DNA from: Candidatus Lambdaproteobacteria bacterium RIFOXYD2_FULL_56_26
Lineage (GTDB): Bacteria; SAR324; XYD2-FULL-50-16
Reading direction: 5' to 3'
DNA: 64,000 nucleotides
Assembly: GCA_001783715.1 (NCBI GenBank)
Contig: MFNF01000027.1
Location: forward strand, 3,290-67,289
The translations under genes and the position numbers were made by a program. A model generated the notes under the pieces. The model did not search any database. It worked only from the letters and a program-made list of their open reading frames with translations, and had not been told where the DNA came from. Of this stretch, positions 44,771-54,195 are shown one piece after another (position 1 is the stretch's first letter; every line of letters starts with the position of its first letter).

Positions 44771-46162
44771 TCAAGCAACTACCACGGTCTTGACCGCTTG
44801 GAACTCCCGGATTCCCTGGGAGCCGCATTCCCGGCCAAAGCCGGAGCGCTTGACCCCGCCGAAGGGGAGGGCCGGGTGGCTGACGGTCATGGAGTTGATG
44901 AAGACCATGCCGCTTTCCAGCCGGTGGGCCACCTTTTCGGCCCGGGCCAAGTCTCGGCTCCAGACCGAAGCGCCCAAGCCGTAGGGGGAAAGGTTGGCCA
45001 GTCGAATCGCCTCTTCCTCGTCCTTGGCCTTGACCAAACTGGAGACCGGTCCAAACAGCTCCTTGGTAAAGCAGGTCATTTCGGGCGTTACCTCGGCCAG
45101 CAAGGTGGGGGCATAAAAGTGGCCCGGCCGGTCCAGGATTTTGCCCCCGGTGACCAACCTCGCCCCTTCCTTGAGGCTTTGCTGGACTTGGGAGTTGAGC
45201 TCGATCATCAAGTCGGCCCGGGCCATGGGTCCCATTTGGGTCTGGGGGGCCATGGGGTCGCCGACCACCCAGCTTTCCATGATTTGCCGGTGGGCTTCCA
45301 AAAAACGGTCGTACAAAGGCTCGACCACGATAAACCGCTTGGAGGCGATACAAACCTGCCCAGCATTAAAGCACCGGGCGAAGACCGAGGTTTGGCAGCA
45401 TTTCTCCAAATCCGCATCTTCGAGCACCACAAAAGGGTCCGACCCGCCCAGCTCCAAAATCACCTTCTTTAATTCCTTTCCCGCCTTGGAGGCCACCGCT
45501 ACCCCGGCCCGTTCACTGCCGGTCAGGGTGACCCCTTTGAGCCTGGGGTCTTCCATCAACAAGGAGGCCTGTTCCGGTTCGATCATCAAGGCCCGGAAGA
45601 GGTTGGGAGGAAACCCGGCGTACAAAAAGGCCTCCTCAATGGCCAAGGCGCAGCCAAAGACGTTGGGGGCATGTTTGAGCAACACCCCGTTGCCGCCCAT
45701 CAGGTTGGGGACCGCAAACCGTAGGACCTGCCAAAAGGGGAAGTTCCAAGGCATGATCGCCAACAGCACCCCAAAGGGCTCGTACCGGGCATAGGACTTG
45801 GCGAACCCGGCCTTGATCGGTTCGGGGGCCAACAGGGCTTCCCCCTGTCCGGCGTAAAAGTCGATCAAGGTGGCGCATTTATTGACTTCCGCCACCGATT
45901 CCTTGAACACCTTGCCCATTTCTTGGGTGATCAAGGCCCCGTACTGGTTCGCCCGGTCACGAAGCAGCTGGGCCAGCGCTTTGAGCAGCTCCGCCCGTTT
46001 GGCAAAGGGCACCTGGGCCCAGGCCTCGAAGGCCTCTTGGGTGGCCCCTAGTATCTCCAACATCTGGGGAGTGCTGTGGGGCGGGTAGGAGGCGAGGAGT
46101 TCGCCGGTGGCCGGATTTTGGCTGTGGTACATGGGTGCTCCTGGAAGTTTCTGGGTCAACAT
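44771..46162 (-). CDS. NAD(P)-dependent aldehyde dehydrogenase, succinate-semialdehyde dehydrogenase-like.
   Basis: ALDH catalytic motifs ELGGSDP and FNAGQVCIASKR (catalytic Cys), about 455 aa. The likely start is Met MYHSQNP, a few codons in. Confidence 0.8.
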   Translation of the reverse strand: MLTQKLPGAPMYHSQNPATGELLASYPPHSTPQMLEILGATQEAFEAWAQVPFAKRAELLKALAQLLRDRANQYGALITQEMGKVFKESVAEVNKCATLIDFYAGQGEALLAPEPIKAGFAKSYARYEPFGVLLAIMPWNFPFWQVLRFAVPNLMGGNGVLLKHAPNVFGCALAIEEAFLYAGFPPNLFRALMIEPEQASLLMEDPRLKGVTLTGSERAGVAVASKAGKELKKVILELGGSDPFVVLEDADLEKCCQTSVFARCFNAGQVCIASKRFIVVEPLYDRFLEAHRQIMESWVVGDPMAPQTQMGPMARADLMIELNSQVQQSLKEGARLVTGGKILDRPGHFYAPTLLAEVTPEMTCFTKELFGPVSSLVKAKDEEEAIRLANLSPYGLGASVWSRDLARAEKVAHRLESGMVFINSMTVSHPALPFGGVKRSGFGRECGSQGIREFQAVKTVVVA

Positions 46163-46328
46163 TGCGAATTTACCGGTTTTGTCCCAAGGAGGCTAGCCCT
46201 TCCGAACGGACCGGTGGAATCGGCGGCCTAAAAAAACAAAAAAATCCCAAAGATTAGGGTAAATACCGATTGTCTGGGCCTGGGGTTTTTGCCAGTCTTA
46301 ATCTAGCATTCACCCAAAAGAAGGTCTG

Positions 46329-48284
46329 ATGAAACGAAAGTCTTTGGTGGAACGGTTTCGTTACCGTTTTGACAATTTTTTTTCTAAAGGCGGCTGGTCG
46401 ATCTTCCAGGCGTTGATTGCCTTATATCTGGTCACCTTTTTGCTGATGGGCGGGGTGCGGGTGTTGGTCAACTATTGGATCGACGGTAACACCGCCCAGA
46501 CTCATATCCATCTTTGGGACGTTATGGTCCAGATCATGGATATCGGCAGCCTGCAAAACGACCAGGACTCGACCTTTTACAACAAGGTGATCGGGTTTGT
46601 GACCTCCATCCTGGGGCTGACCTTGATTTCGACCATGTTGGCCTTTGTTACCAGCATCTTCAAAGAAAAGTTGGAGGAGCTCAAAAAGGGCAAAAGTTCG
46701 ATCATCGAGGCGGACCACACCTTGATCTTGGGGTTTGGCAACCGGGCCTTGGAGATCCTACGGGAGTTGGTGGAGGCCAACGAATCGGAGTCCGATGCGG
46801 CGGTGGTGGTTTTGTGTGAAACCGACAAAGAGGAGATGGATGACTTTTTTAACCTGACCCTGACCCACCGAGGTTCGACCAGGGTGATCACCAGGTCCGG
46901 TGCGGTTTCCAGCCCCTTGTTTTTGACCCGCATGGGGCTTTTGGAATGCAAGAGCGTGATCCTGCTCAACCACGCCCAAACGGCGGATTCCCCGGAACTA
47001 AAAAACCAGGCGGACTACCGGGTCCTCAAAACCATCATGGCCATTTTGTCGGCGACCGAACAACGGGGCCAGATCCCCCCAGTGGTGGCCCAGTTCCACT
47101 ATGCCCGGAACCGGGAGCTGGCGCTGGACGTTTCTCCGGGCAACATCATTGCTCTGGACGAGGACCTGATCTTGTCCAAAATCCTGGTCCAAACCTCCCG
47201 CTCGCCGGGCTTGAGTCTGGTATATTCGGACTTGGTGGGCTTTGTGGGCAACGAGGTTTATTTTTCCGAACCGGCCGAATCGGTGGTGGGCTTGGCCTTT
47301 GGGGAGCTGATTTTTTATTTCGACCCATCGGTCCCCTTGGGCATCAGAAACCTGGAAGGCGGGATAGAACTCAATCCCCCCCAGTCCAGGGTGCTGGAGG
47401 CCGGGGAAGAATTGATCATCCTGGCCGAAGACGATTCGACCATCCACTATCTGCCCCAAATGCCGGTAGTGCCCACCCCGAGGCCCTTGTCCAAGGACAA
47501 ACCCAAGCTTACGACCGAGCGGTTTCTGATTTTGGGCTGGTCGAAAAAAAGCCCCATCCTGATCCACGAATATGCCAGCTATCTGCTGCCCGGTTCGACC
47601 ATCGATGTGGTGGTCAAGGAATTGACCCCCGAGATCAAACAAGCCTACGGGCAGGTCAAAAAGAATTGCCCCAACATCAAGCTGCGGCTGGCTCCGGTGG
47701 ACATGGCGGCAGACCTGTTCCCCAGGGCGCTCAACCCCGAAAGTTACGACAACGTCATCATCCTAGCCACCGAAGGGCGCAACATCGAGGAAATCGATGC
47801 CGAGATACTCTCCCTGCTGCTCAAGTTCCGGCATTATTTCAAAAAACTGGAACAAGAGCAGGGGCGGGCCGTCACTACCCAATTGATCAGCGAGGTGATG
47901 GACTCGGCGAACCTGGAGATCATCCAGCAGGCAGGGGTCAAAGACTTTTTGATCTCCAACCAGTTTGTTTCCAAGATCATGGCCCAAATCTCCGAAGAGC
48001 CCAGGGTCAACAAGGTTTACGAGCAACTCTTCCAGGCCGAAGGCAGCGAGATCTACCTGAAGGCCATTGGGCTTTATCTGGCGGACTTCTCCGGCCCCAT
48101 TCCCTTTGCGGACCTGATGTGGGCTGCGTTGCAACGAGGGGAGGTTTGTTTTGGGGTCAAGCTCGCTCGGGAAGAAAAGTTGCAGGGAACCAACTTTGGC
48201 ACCTACATTCTGCCGACCAAAGGCCGGGAATTTGAACTGGAACCGGAAGACCGGCTGATCGTGCTGGCCTTGGACCAGTCTTAA
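46329..48284 (+). CDS. CASTOR/POLLUX (DMI1)-like ion channel: an N-terminal TM pore region followed by tandem RCK/TrkA-N-like domains.
   Basis: Two or three TM helices with a pore-like loop, then HTLILGFGNRALEILREL (RCK_N Rossmann start) and a second domain FLILGWSKKSPILIHEY. Confidence 0.6.
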   Translation: MKRKSLVERFRYRFDNFFSKGGWSIFQALIALYLVTFLLMGGVRVLVNYWIDGNTAQTHIHLWDVMVQIMDIGSLQNDQDSTFYNKVIGFVTSILGLTLISTMLAFVTSIFKEKLEELKKGKSSIIEADHTLILGFGNRALEILRELVEANESESDAAVVVLCETDKEEMDDFFNLTLTHRGSTRVITRSGAVSSPLFLTRMGLLECKSVILLNHAQTADSPELKNQADYRVLKTIMAILSATEQRGQIPPVVAQFHYARNRELALDVSPGNIIALDEDLILSKILVQTSRSPGLSLVYSDLVGFVGNEVYFSEPAESVVGLAFGELIFYFDPSVPLGIRNLEGGIELNPPQSRVLEAGEELIILAEDDSTIHYLPQMPVVPTPRPLSKDKPKLTTERFLILGWSKKSPILIHEYASYLLPGSTIDVVVKELTPEIKQAYGQVKKNCPNIKLRLAPVDMAADLFPRALNPESYDNVIILATEGRNIEEIDAEILSLLLKFRHYFKKLEQEQGRAVTTQLISEVMDSANLEIIQQAGVKDFLISNQFVSKIMAQISEEPRVNKVYEQLFQAEGSEIYLKAIGLYLADFSGPIPFADLMWAALQRGEVCFGVKLAREEKLQGTNFGTYILPTKGREFELEPEDRLIVLALDQS

Positions 48285-48560
48285 GCGGGAAGAGGGCACT
48301 CGGCTTGGGGGGGCCTCCGGGAGCCTTGGGGATTCCGGCTTTCAGACCCTGTTCCGGGTCCCGCAACCTGGGTCTTGGCGGCTTTGTTTTCTCGGACTGC
48401 TTGGCCCTTGGGTTCCCCAAAAAGCATGGTTCCGTCCCTTCTCCTTGGCCCCCCCCTAACGGCACTGACAATGCTCGGCCCCAACCGAGGCAGTCCTGCC
48501 TTTCTGGGGTTCTTTTGTTTTTTTGGGGGGGATGGAGAACAGGCCAAGCCAGTCCAAGGC

Positions 48561-48603
48561 AAAAAAAAGCCCGCCCCGGAGATTCCCCGGAGCGGGCTTT
48601 TTG
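48561..48603. terminator. Bidirectional rho-independent terminator downstream of the EF-G gene (-) and facing the channel gene (+).
   Basis: AAAAAAAA-GCCCGC...GCGGGC-TTTTT: a GC stem flanked by an A8 tract and a T5 tract, 22 bp past the EF-G stop. Confidence 0.6.
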
Positions 48604-48624
48604 AAAAAGTGAGGCCTCCTGGCC

Positions 48625-50721
48625 CTATTCGTCTTCCTTGAGCTTCTCCGCCCTGGCCCGGATCACTTCCTCCTGGAGGTTCCTCGGGACCGAAGCGTAA
48701 GAATCAAATTCCATGGAGAAGGTTGCCTTGCCCTGGGTTGCAGAGCGCAGGCTGGTCGAATAACCGAACATCTCCGACAAAGGCACGGTAGCGGTAACCA
48801 CCGTCATTTCGTCACGCATTTCCGTCCCGCCGATGATCCCCCGGCGAGAGGAAAGGTCGCCGATCACCCCGCCCTGGAATTCCGAGGGGGTTTCAACTTC
48901 CACGTGCATCATCGGTTCGAGCAACACCGGGTTGGCCTTGCGGACCGCTTGTTTCATCGCTTGGCGAGCACAGATCCTAAACGCCATGTCCGAAGAGTCA
49001 ACATCGTGGTATTTACCGTCCACCAAGAAGACCCGGACCCCAACCATCGGGAAGGCGGCCAAGGGACCGGCGATCATGATGTCCTTAAAGCCCATCTGGC
49101 AAGCGCCGATGAACTCACTGGGGATCGATCCACCCTTGATGTTGTTGACGAACTCAAATTCCAATGCTCCTTCCTGGGTGAAGTCGATCGGCTCAATTTC
49201 CCCCATTACACAAGCATACTGACCGGAACCACCGGTTTGCTTTTTGTGGGTGTAGTCGTAAGAAGCCTTGGTGGTAATCGCTTCCCGGTAGTTGACCTGA
49301 GGTGCGCCTACCTGGACTTGGACGTTGTATTCCCGCAACATCCGTTCCACATAAATCTCCAAGTGCAACTCGCCCATCCCCTTGATGATGGTCTCGCCGG
49401 ACTCTTCATCGGTGGAAACCCTGAAGGTCGGGTCTTCTTTCATAAACCGGGACAAGGCCTTGGACATCCGGTCGATGGCGGTGTTGTCCTTGCACTTGAT
49501 GGCCAAACTGATCACCGGTTCGGCGATGAACATGGATTCCAAGACCACCTTGAGGCTTTCGTCGCAGAAGGTGTCCCCGGAGGCGCAATCTACGCCGATC
49601 AGGGCGACAATGTCCCCGGCCTTGGCGGTGTCGATGTTTTCCCGGTCATTGGCATGCATCCGTACAATCCGCCCAACCCGCAACTTCTTGCCGGTCCGTA
49701 CGTTGTAAATGGTGCTGCCCTTTTCCAGGGTTCCCGAATAAACCCGGCAGTAGGTCAACTGGCCAAACTGCTCTTCGGTGATTTTAAAGGCCATCAAGAC
49801 CAAGGGACCTTGCGGGTCGGTTTTGATGTAGATCACTTCGCCGTTGTCCACCTTGGTGGCTTTGGTCGGCCTAGCTTCGATCGGAGAGGGCAGGTAGCGG
49901 ACCACGGCATCAAGCAGAGGCTGAACCGCTTTGTTCTTGAAGGCGGAGCCCATGTAAACCGGGGTAAACTTGAGGCTGTTGATCCCTTCCCAAATGGCTT
50001 TGTGGATGATCTCTTCGGGGACTTCCTTGCCTTCTAGGAGCGCTTCCATGAGTTCGTCGTTGAACATGGAAACTGCGTCCAACATCTCGGCGCGCCGCAA
50101 TTCCGCATCTTCTTGCAGCTCGGCGGGGATGTCCTTGACGATCACGTCGTCCCCTTTTTCCCCTTCGTTGTAGATGGCCTTCATGGTCACCAAGTCAACG
50201 ACCCCAACAAAACCATCTTCTTCACCGATAGGCAACTGCATGGCCACGGCGTTGTGGCCCAATTTTTCCCGCAGGTCCTTGATCCCTTTCCAGGGGTCCG
50301 CACCGGTGCGGTCCATTTTGTTGATAAAGCAAAGCCGAGGGACGCTGTAGCGTTTCATCTGCCGGTCCACGGTGATCGACTGGGACTGAACCCCGGCCAC
50401 CGCACACAAGACCATGATGGCCCCATCCAAAACCCGCAAGGAGCGCTCCACCTCGACGGTAAAGTCCACGTGCCCGGGGGTGTCGATGATGTTGATCTTT
50501 TTGTCGTGCCAATAAACGGTGGTGGCAGCGGAGGTAATGGTAATCCCCTTTTCCTTCTCCAACTCCATGTGGTCCATGGTTGCCCCGGCACCACCGCCGC
50601 GGACTTCTTCGATTTTGTGGATCTTGCCGGCGTAGTAAAGGATGCGCTCGGTCAGAGTGGTTTTACCGCTGTCGATGTGTGCGGAGATGCCGATATTCCG
50701 CATGTTGTTGATTTCTTTCAT
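48625..50721 (-). CDS. fusA: Elongation factor G family GTPase; located outside a ribosomal str operon, so probably an EF-G paralogue.
   Basis: [14 protein letters not shown] and NKMD G-motifs, full five-domain length (698 aa). The N-terminal [23 protein letters not shown] variant differs from canonical EF-G. Confidence 0.85.
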   Translation of the reverse strand: MKEINNMRNIGISAHIDSGKTTLTERILYYAGKIHKIEEVRGGGAGATMDHMELEKEKGITITSAATTVYWHDKKINIIDTPGHVDFTVEVERSLRVLDGAIMVLCAVAGVQSQSITVDRQMKRYSVPRLCFINKMDRTGADPWKGIKDLREKLGHNAVAMQLPIGEEDGFVGVVDLVTMKAIYNEGEKGDDVIVKDIPAELQEDAELRRAEMLDAVSMFNDELMEALLEGKEVPEEIIHKAIWEGINSLKFTPVYMGSAFKNKAVQPLLDAVVRYLPSPIEARPTKATKVDNGEVIYIKTDPQGPLVLMAFKITEEQFGQLTYCRVYSGTLEKGSTIYNVRTGKKLRVGRIVRMHANDRENIDTAKAGDIVALIGVDCASGDTFCDESLKVVLESMFIAEPVISLAIKCKDNTAIDRMSKALSRFMKEDPTFRVSTDEESGETIIKGMGELHLEIYVERMLREYNVQVQVGAPQVNYREAITTKASYDYTHKKQTGGSGQYACVMGEIEPIDFTQEGALEFEFVNNIKGGSIPSEFIGACQMGFKDIMIAGPLAAFPMVGVRVFLVDGKYHDVDSSDMAFRICARQAMKQAVRKANPVLLEPMMHVEVETPSEFQGGVIGDLSSRRGIIGGTEMRDEMTVVTATVPLSEMFGYSTSLRSATQGKATFSMEFDSYASVPRNLQEEVIRARAEKLKEDE

Positions 50722-50827
50722 CTTAGCTTGAGCCCTGGCTTGGAATGGGACGGTTCTGGGGTTGCAAATAGGTCATTAAACTCGAGATGATAAAAACTGG
50801 GCCTCGCTCTGTCCATCCCTTTTTTTC

Positions 50828-51658
50828 CTACCCCCCTGCAAGGGGCAGGAACACCGGTTTGGAGACTTTGGTCAGTTTGCCCAGTTCAACCATCTTTTCT
50901 TGGAACAACAAAAACCCCGCTTGGAACCGAGGTCCCAGTTCATAATGCAGGTTCGCCAAATAGGCCTCGCAGCTGAGTGGGTCGGGAAACACCCCCTGGT
51001 AGTGGCCCTGGGCCATGGCCTTGAGGTTTAAGGGGGCCTGATTGCGGCTTTCCAAAAGCCTCCCGTAAAGGTCCAGTACCCCTTGGGGGTTGGTGGCATA
51101 AACCTCCCGCCTTACCACCCAAAGGGCAAACACAAAGGGCAAGCCGGTCTGCTCCTGCCAAAGTTGGCCCAAGTCATAAACATAAGGGTCCCTTTTTTCA
51201 TAAAACCTACGGATCGCATCGTCGGCAATCAAAAGCTCCGCCTGGGCCGGTCCCCTGGGCTCGGAAAGGTAGGTCACCCCCCGTCCTTGCAACAAAAATT
51301 GGACCAAGTGCACCGAAGTGAGGGAAAAGGCGGTGAGCAACACCGTTTGGCGGTCCAGCTCCTCCCAAGGAACCTGGGAGAAAAGATAGATCGAACGGAC
51401 CGGTCCGTCGGAGCCGACCGAGAGATCGGGCAGGATGTAATAAAGGTCTTGGTTCCGGGCCACCTCAAAAGACGAGACCGCCGAAAGGTCGATCTCTCCT
51501 TGGTTGAGTTTGTGGTTCAGCTCTGTTACCTTGCCCAAAACCGGGAGGTACCCCAACGGCTCCGGGTCTTGGAGCAGTTGGTAGTACACCGGCAAGGTAT
51601 TAAGAACATTCAGCACGCCTAATCTGAGCATCGTTTTGGCTCCCATCGTCACACCCAA
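50828..51658 (-). CDS. MqnA/MqnD-family protein (futalosine-pathway menaquinone biosynthesis; chorismate dehydratase MqnA-like).
   Basis: The N-terminus MLRLGVLNVLNTLPVYYQL resembles the MqnA N-terminal motif, at about 270 aa. The true start is probably Met 11 of the track ORF. Confidence 0.6.
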   Translation of the reverse strand: MGVTMGAKTMLRLGVLNVLNTLPVYYQLLQDPEPLGYLPVLGKVTELNHKLNQGEIDLSAVSSFEVARNQDLYYILPDLSVGSDGPVRSIYLFSQVPWEELDRQTVLLTAFSLTSVHLVQFLLQGRGVTYLSEPRGPAQAELLIADDAIRRFYEKRDPYVYDLGQLWQEQTGLPFVFALWVVRREVYATNPQGVLDLYGRLLESRNQAPLNLKAMAQGHYQGVFPDPLSCEAYLANLHYELGPRFQAGFLLFQEKMVELGKLTKVSKPVFLPLAGG

Positions 51659-51667
51659 GGACTAACA

Positions 51668-52987
51668 ATGCCCCAGGCCCCTGACAAGCGTTATCTGGCC
51701 CTCTTGATTACCGGGGATGAAGTCCTGGGGGCGGACATCACCGACAGCAACTCCACCTTGATCACCAAAACCCTGGGTGAGGTCGGCCTGACCCCCAAAA
51801 CCAGGAGGGTGGTCGGGGACGATCTGGCGGGGTTGGTTGAGGCTATCACCGAGCTGCACCAAAGAACCGAATTTGTGGTGATCAACGGCGGTCTGGGTTC
51901 AACGGTGGACGACCTGACCAACCAAGCAGTGTCTCTGGCCTTGGGGGTGCCCCTGGAGGAGAACTCTGCCGCCCAGGCACTACTGCAAAGCCGCAGCAGT
52001 AAAACCGCCTTGGGAGGACAGTCGATCTTTTACAAACAATGCCTGCTTCCCCAAGGGGCGGTCACCTTCCACAACCCGGTGGGCAGCGCCTTGGGGTACG
52101 CCTTGGAGACCGATGGTCGTTGGGTGATCGCCACTCCGGGGCCGCCTAGGGAGCTGGAAGGGATGTTGCGGGAGTCCATCCTGCCCTGGTTTGCCGGACA
52201 CTTTCCGGCCCAAGCCCAGACCAAGTTGTATCGTTTTTTGGTCTTGAGTCATGGAGAGTCCCGGCTGGAAGCCTTGATCCTCAAACATTTTTCTGCCTTG
52301 GCCCCCAACCCCTTCGAGCGATTGAAACTGGGGTTTAGGGCGGTGGCCCCCTTTACGGAGGTTAAGGTTTGGGTCGAACCTCAGGACCGAGCGCTGGGCG
52401 AACAAACCCAAAAGGCGCTCTTGGCGCTTTTGGCGGACTCCTGTTTCAGCCAGGGGCCGGAATTGCCGAGCTTGGTCAGTGAGATGTTGCGGGTCCGCAA
52501 ACAAACCTTATGTCTGGCCGAGTCTTGTACCGGCGGGCTTTTGAGCAGTATGTTAACCTCTTTGGCCGGGGCCTCTGAAGTCTTTAATGCCGGGGTGGTG
52601 TCTTACGCCTACGAGGCCAAGGAAGAATTCCTGGGGGTGCGCCACGAAAGTTTGGTCACCCAGGGAGCGGTCAGCGAGGTGGTGGCCTTGGAGATGTTGC
52701 AGGGGGTGATCAAAAATGGCCGTTCCGACCTGGGGATTGCCATTACCGGCATTGCCGGTCCGACCGGCGGCCTACCCAACAAACCGGTGGGGACCGTGTT
52801 TGTGGCGGTGGGCAGCAAGGACCGGCAGTACTGCCGCCGATTGGTGGTGGTACGGGAACGGACCCTGTTCCAACGGTTTGTGGCCCTGACCGCCTTGGAC
52901 CTGTTGCGCCGGTTCCTTTTGGAACTGGACCTCCAGGCCCCCTATTATTATGACGATCTTTCCAAGAGCCGGTTGAAACTGGAGTGA
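51668..52987 (+). CDS. cinA: CinA-family protein (N-terminal MoCF-binding-like domain plus C-terminal CinA/PncC nicotinamide-nucleotide amidohydrolase domain).
   Basis: LALLITGDEVLGADITDSNSTLI... N-domain and LCLAESCTGGLLSSMLTSLAGASEVFNAGVVSYAYEAK C-domain. Confidence 0.8.
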   Translation: MPQAPDKRYLALLITGDEVLGADITDSNSTLITKTLGEVGLTPKTRRVVGDDLAGLVEAITELHQRTEFVVINGGLGSTVDDLTNQAVSLALGVPLEENSAAQALLQSRSSKTALGGQSIFYKQCLLPQGAVTFHNPVGSALGYALETDGRWVIATPGPPRELEGMLRESILPWFAGHFPAQAQTKLYRFLVLSHGESRLEALILKHFSALAPNPFERLKLGFRAVAPFTEVKVWVEPQDRALGEQTQKALLALLADSCFSQGPELPSLVSEMLRVRKQTLCLAESCTGGLLSSMLTSLAGASEVFNAGVVSYAYEAKEEFLGVRHESLVTQGAVSEVVALEMLQGVIKNGRSDLGIAITGIAGPTGGLPNKPVGTVFVAVGSKDRQYCRRLVVVRERTLFQRFVALTALDLLRRFLLELDLQAPYYYDDLSKSRLKLE

Positions 52988-53062
52988 AGCCCCTCTCCAA
53001 GCCCGCTGGAGCTCAAAAAAGGGGTGAGTTCCAGGGGACCGTTTTTTTCCTCTTCCCTTGCC

Positions 53063-53091
53063 TTGACAAAATCTCAGAACCAAGGTTAGGT
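53063..53091 (+). promoter_or_regulatory. Sigma-70-type promoter for rpsU (TTGACA - 17 nt - TTAGGT).
   Basis: A perfect -35 hexamer at 53063-53068, a 17-nt spacer, a -10-like hexamer, and an aaggaagg Shine-Dalgarno about 10 nt before the ATG at 53151. Confidence 0.4.
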
Positions 53092-53150
53092 TGAGCGATA
53101 AATTTGCCCAACAAACTTCGCTGTTTCAAAAAAAGGAAGGTAGGCTCTAC

Positions 53151-53360
53151 ATGCACATTAAAGTCGTCAACAACCAAGTCGAACGGGCGATGCGCGAGCT
53201 GAAGCGCCTGTTGATCCGAGAAGGCCTGTTCAAGGAACTCAAAAAACGCCGCTACCACGCCAAACCTTCGGTGAAAACCAAGGTCAAACGTGAAGAAGCC
53301 GAGAAAACCCGGCACAAGGACCGCAAACGGGCGGCTGCTCGGGCACGCAATTTCTTGTAG
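53151..53360 (+). CDS. rpsU: 30S ribosomal protein S21.
   Basis: 69 aa. MHIKVVNNQVERAMRELKRLLIREGLFKELKKRRYHAKPS...RKRAAARARNFL matches S21. Start trimmed to the Met after the Shine-Dalgarno. Confidence 0.85.
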   Translation: MHIKVVNNQVERAMRELKRLLIREGLFKELKKRRYHAKPSVKTKVKREEAEKTRHKDRKRAAARARNFL

Positions 53361-53439
53361 CGCTCGACTTTATCCCTTCCTGTTGAGCTTTTTTCTAAGC
53401 CTTGGGTTTTGTTTTTGGTTGCGCCGGTTTTAGGCGCAC

Positions 53440-54195
53440 CTAAAGACAAAAGCTGGGGCTTTGGCTTTTGATCCAGTCCCAGTCTTCTTGGGTCCAATCC
53501 CGGTGGGTGGGCTGGACCTGGAATTGAGCGCAAAATTCCTCGGTCAAACAAGCCGCCAGACCTGGGACCCCAGGGACCTCCCCCAAAGCTTCCTTGACCG
53601 TTGTGGTCTCACTCTTCCAGCTTTCTTTCGTCTTTCCTGGCCAAACTTGGGCGAGCAACAGGAAATCTTGGTCCAGCAAAATGGAGCCATGTTGCAAAAA
53701 CCGGTTTCCCTTGCGCCTTTGGGCCGAGCCGACCAACTTTTTGCCCCCCACTACTACTTCATGCCCTTGGGCCTGGGAAAAACATACGCTCCCGGTAGGC
53801 CGAAATTTTCCCTCCAACCCCGGTCTTGCTGCCAAGCCCATTCTTTGTAAACCCGTTAATACCGGTTGACGAACCGCTTGGTAACTTTCGAGAATGGACC
53901 TAGGGAACGGCGGGGTTGAAGAGGCAAAACTGTAGGTCAATTCCAGGTGATGCAGCACCGCTTGGCCGCCGGTCGCCCGGCGCACCAGTTCCACTCCTGC
54001 CGCTCGGGCTGCCTTGAGGTCCATTTCCGGGTCCAGCGGTTGGTTTCGGCCCAAAGAAAGGGTGGGATTGTTCCATTGGTAAAACCGCAGATAGGTGCCG
54101 GGCTGTTCCAGCATCCACTGGTCCGCCGCCATCTGGCAGGCCCCAGAGTCCACCAGAAACGGCAGCACAATAATCTCATCCAGACGAAGGGTCAT
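53440..54195 (-). CDS. Lipoate-protein ligase / octanoyltransferase family protein (LipM/LplA-like BPL_LplA_LipB domain).
   Basis: DSGACQMAADQWMLEQ...YLRFYQWNNPTLSLGRNQ aligns with the LipM/LplA N-terminus; the Lys context is KKLVGSAQRR. Trimmed to Met MTLRL. The track ORF 53440..54711 is run-on antisense to lipA. Confidence 0.7.
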   Translation of the reverse strand: MTLRLDEIIVLPFLVDSGACQMAADQWMLEQPGTYLRFYQWNNPTLSLGRNQPLDPEMDLKAARAAGVELVRRATGGQAVLHHLELTYSFASSTPPFPRSILESYQAVRQPVLTGLQRMGLAARPGLEGKFRPTGSVCFSQAQGHEVVVGGKKLVGSAQRRKGNRFLQHGSILLDQDFLLLAQVWPGKTKESWKSETTTVKEALGEVPGVPGLAACLTEEFCAQFQVQPTHRDWTQEDWDWIKSQSPSFCL

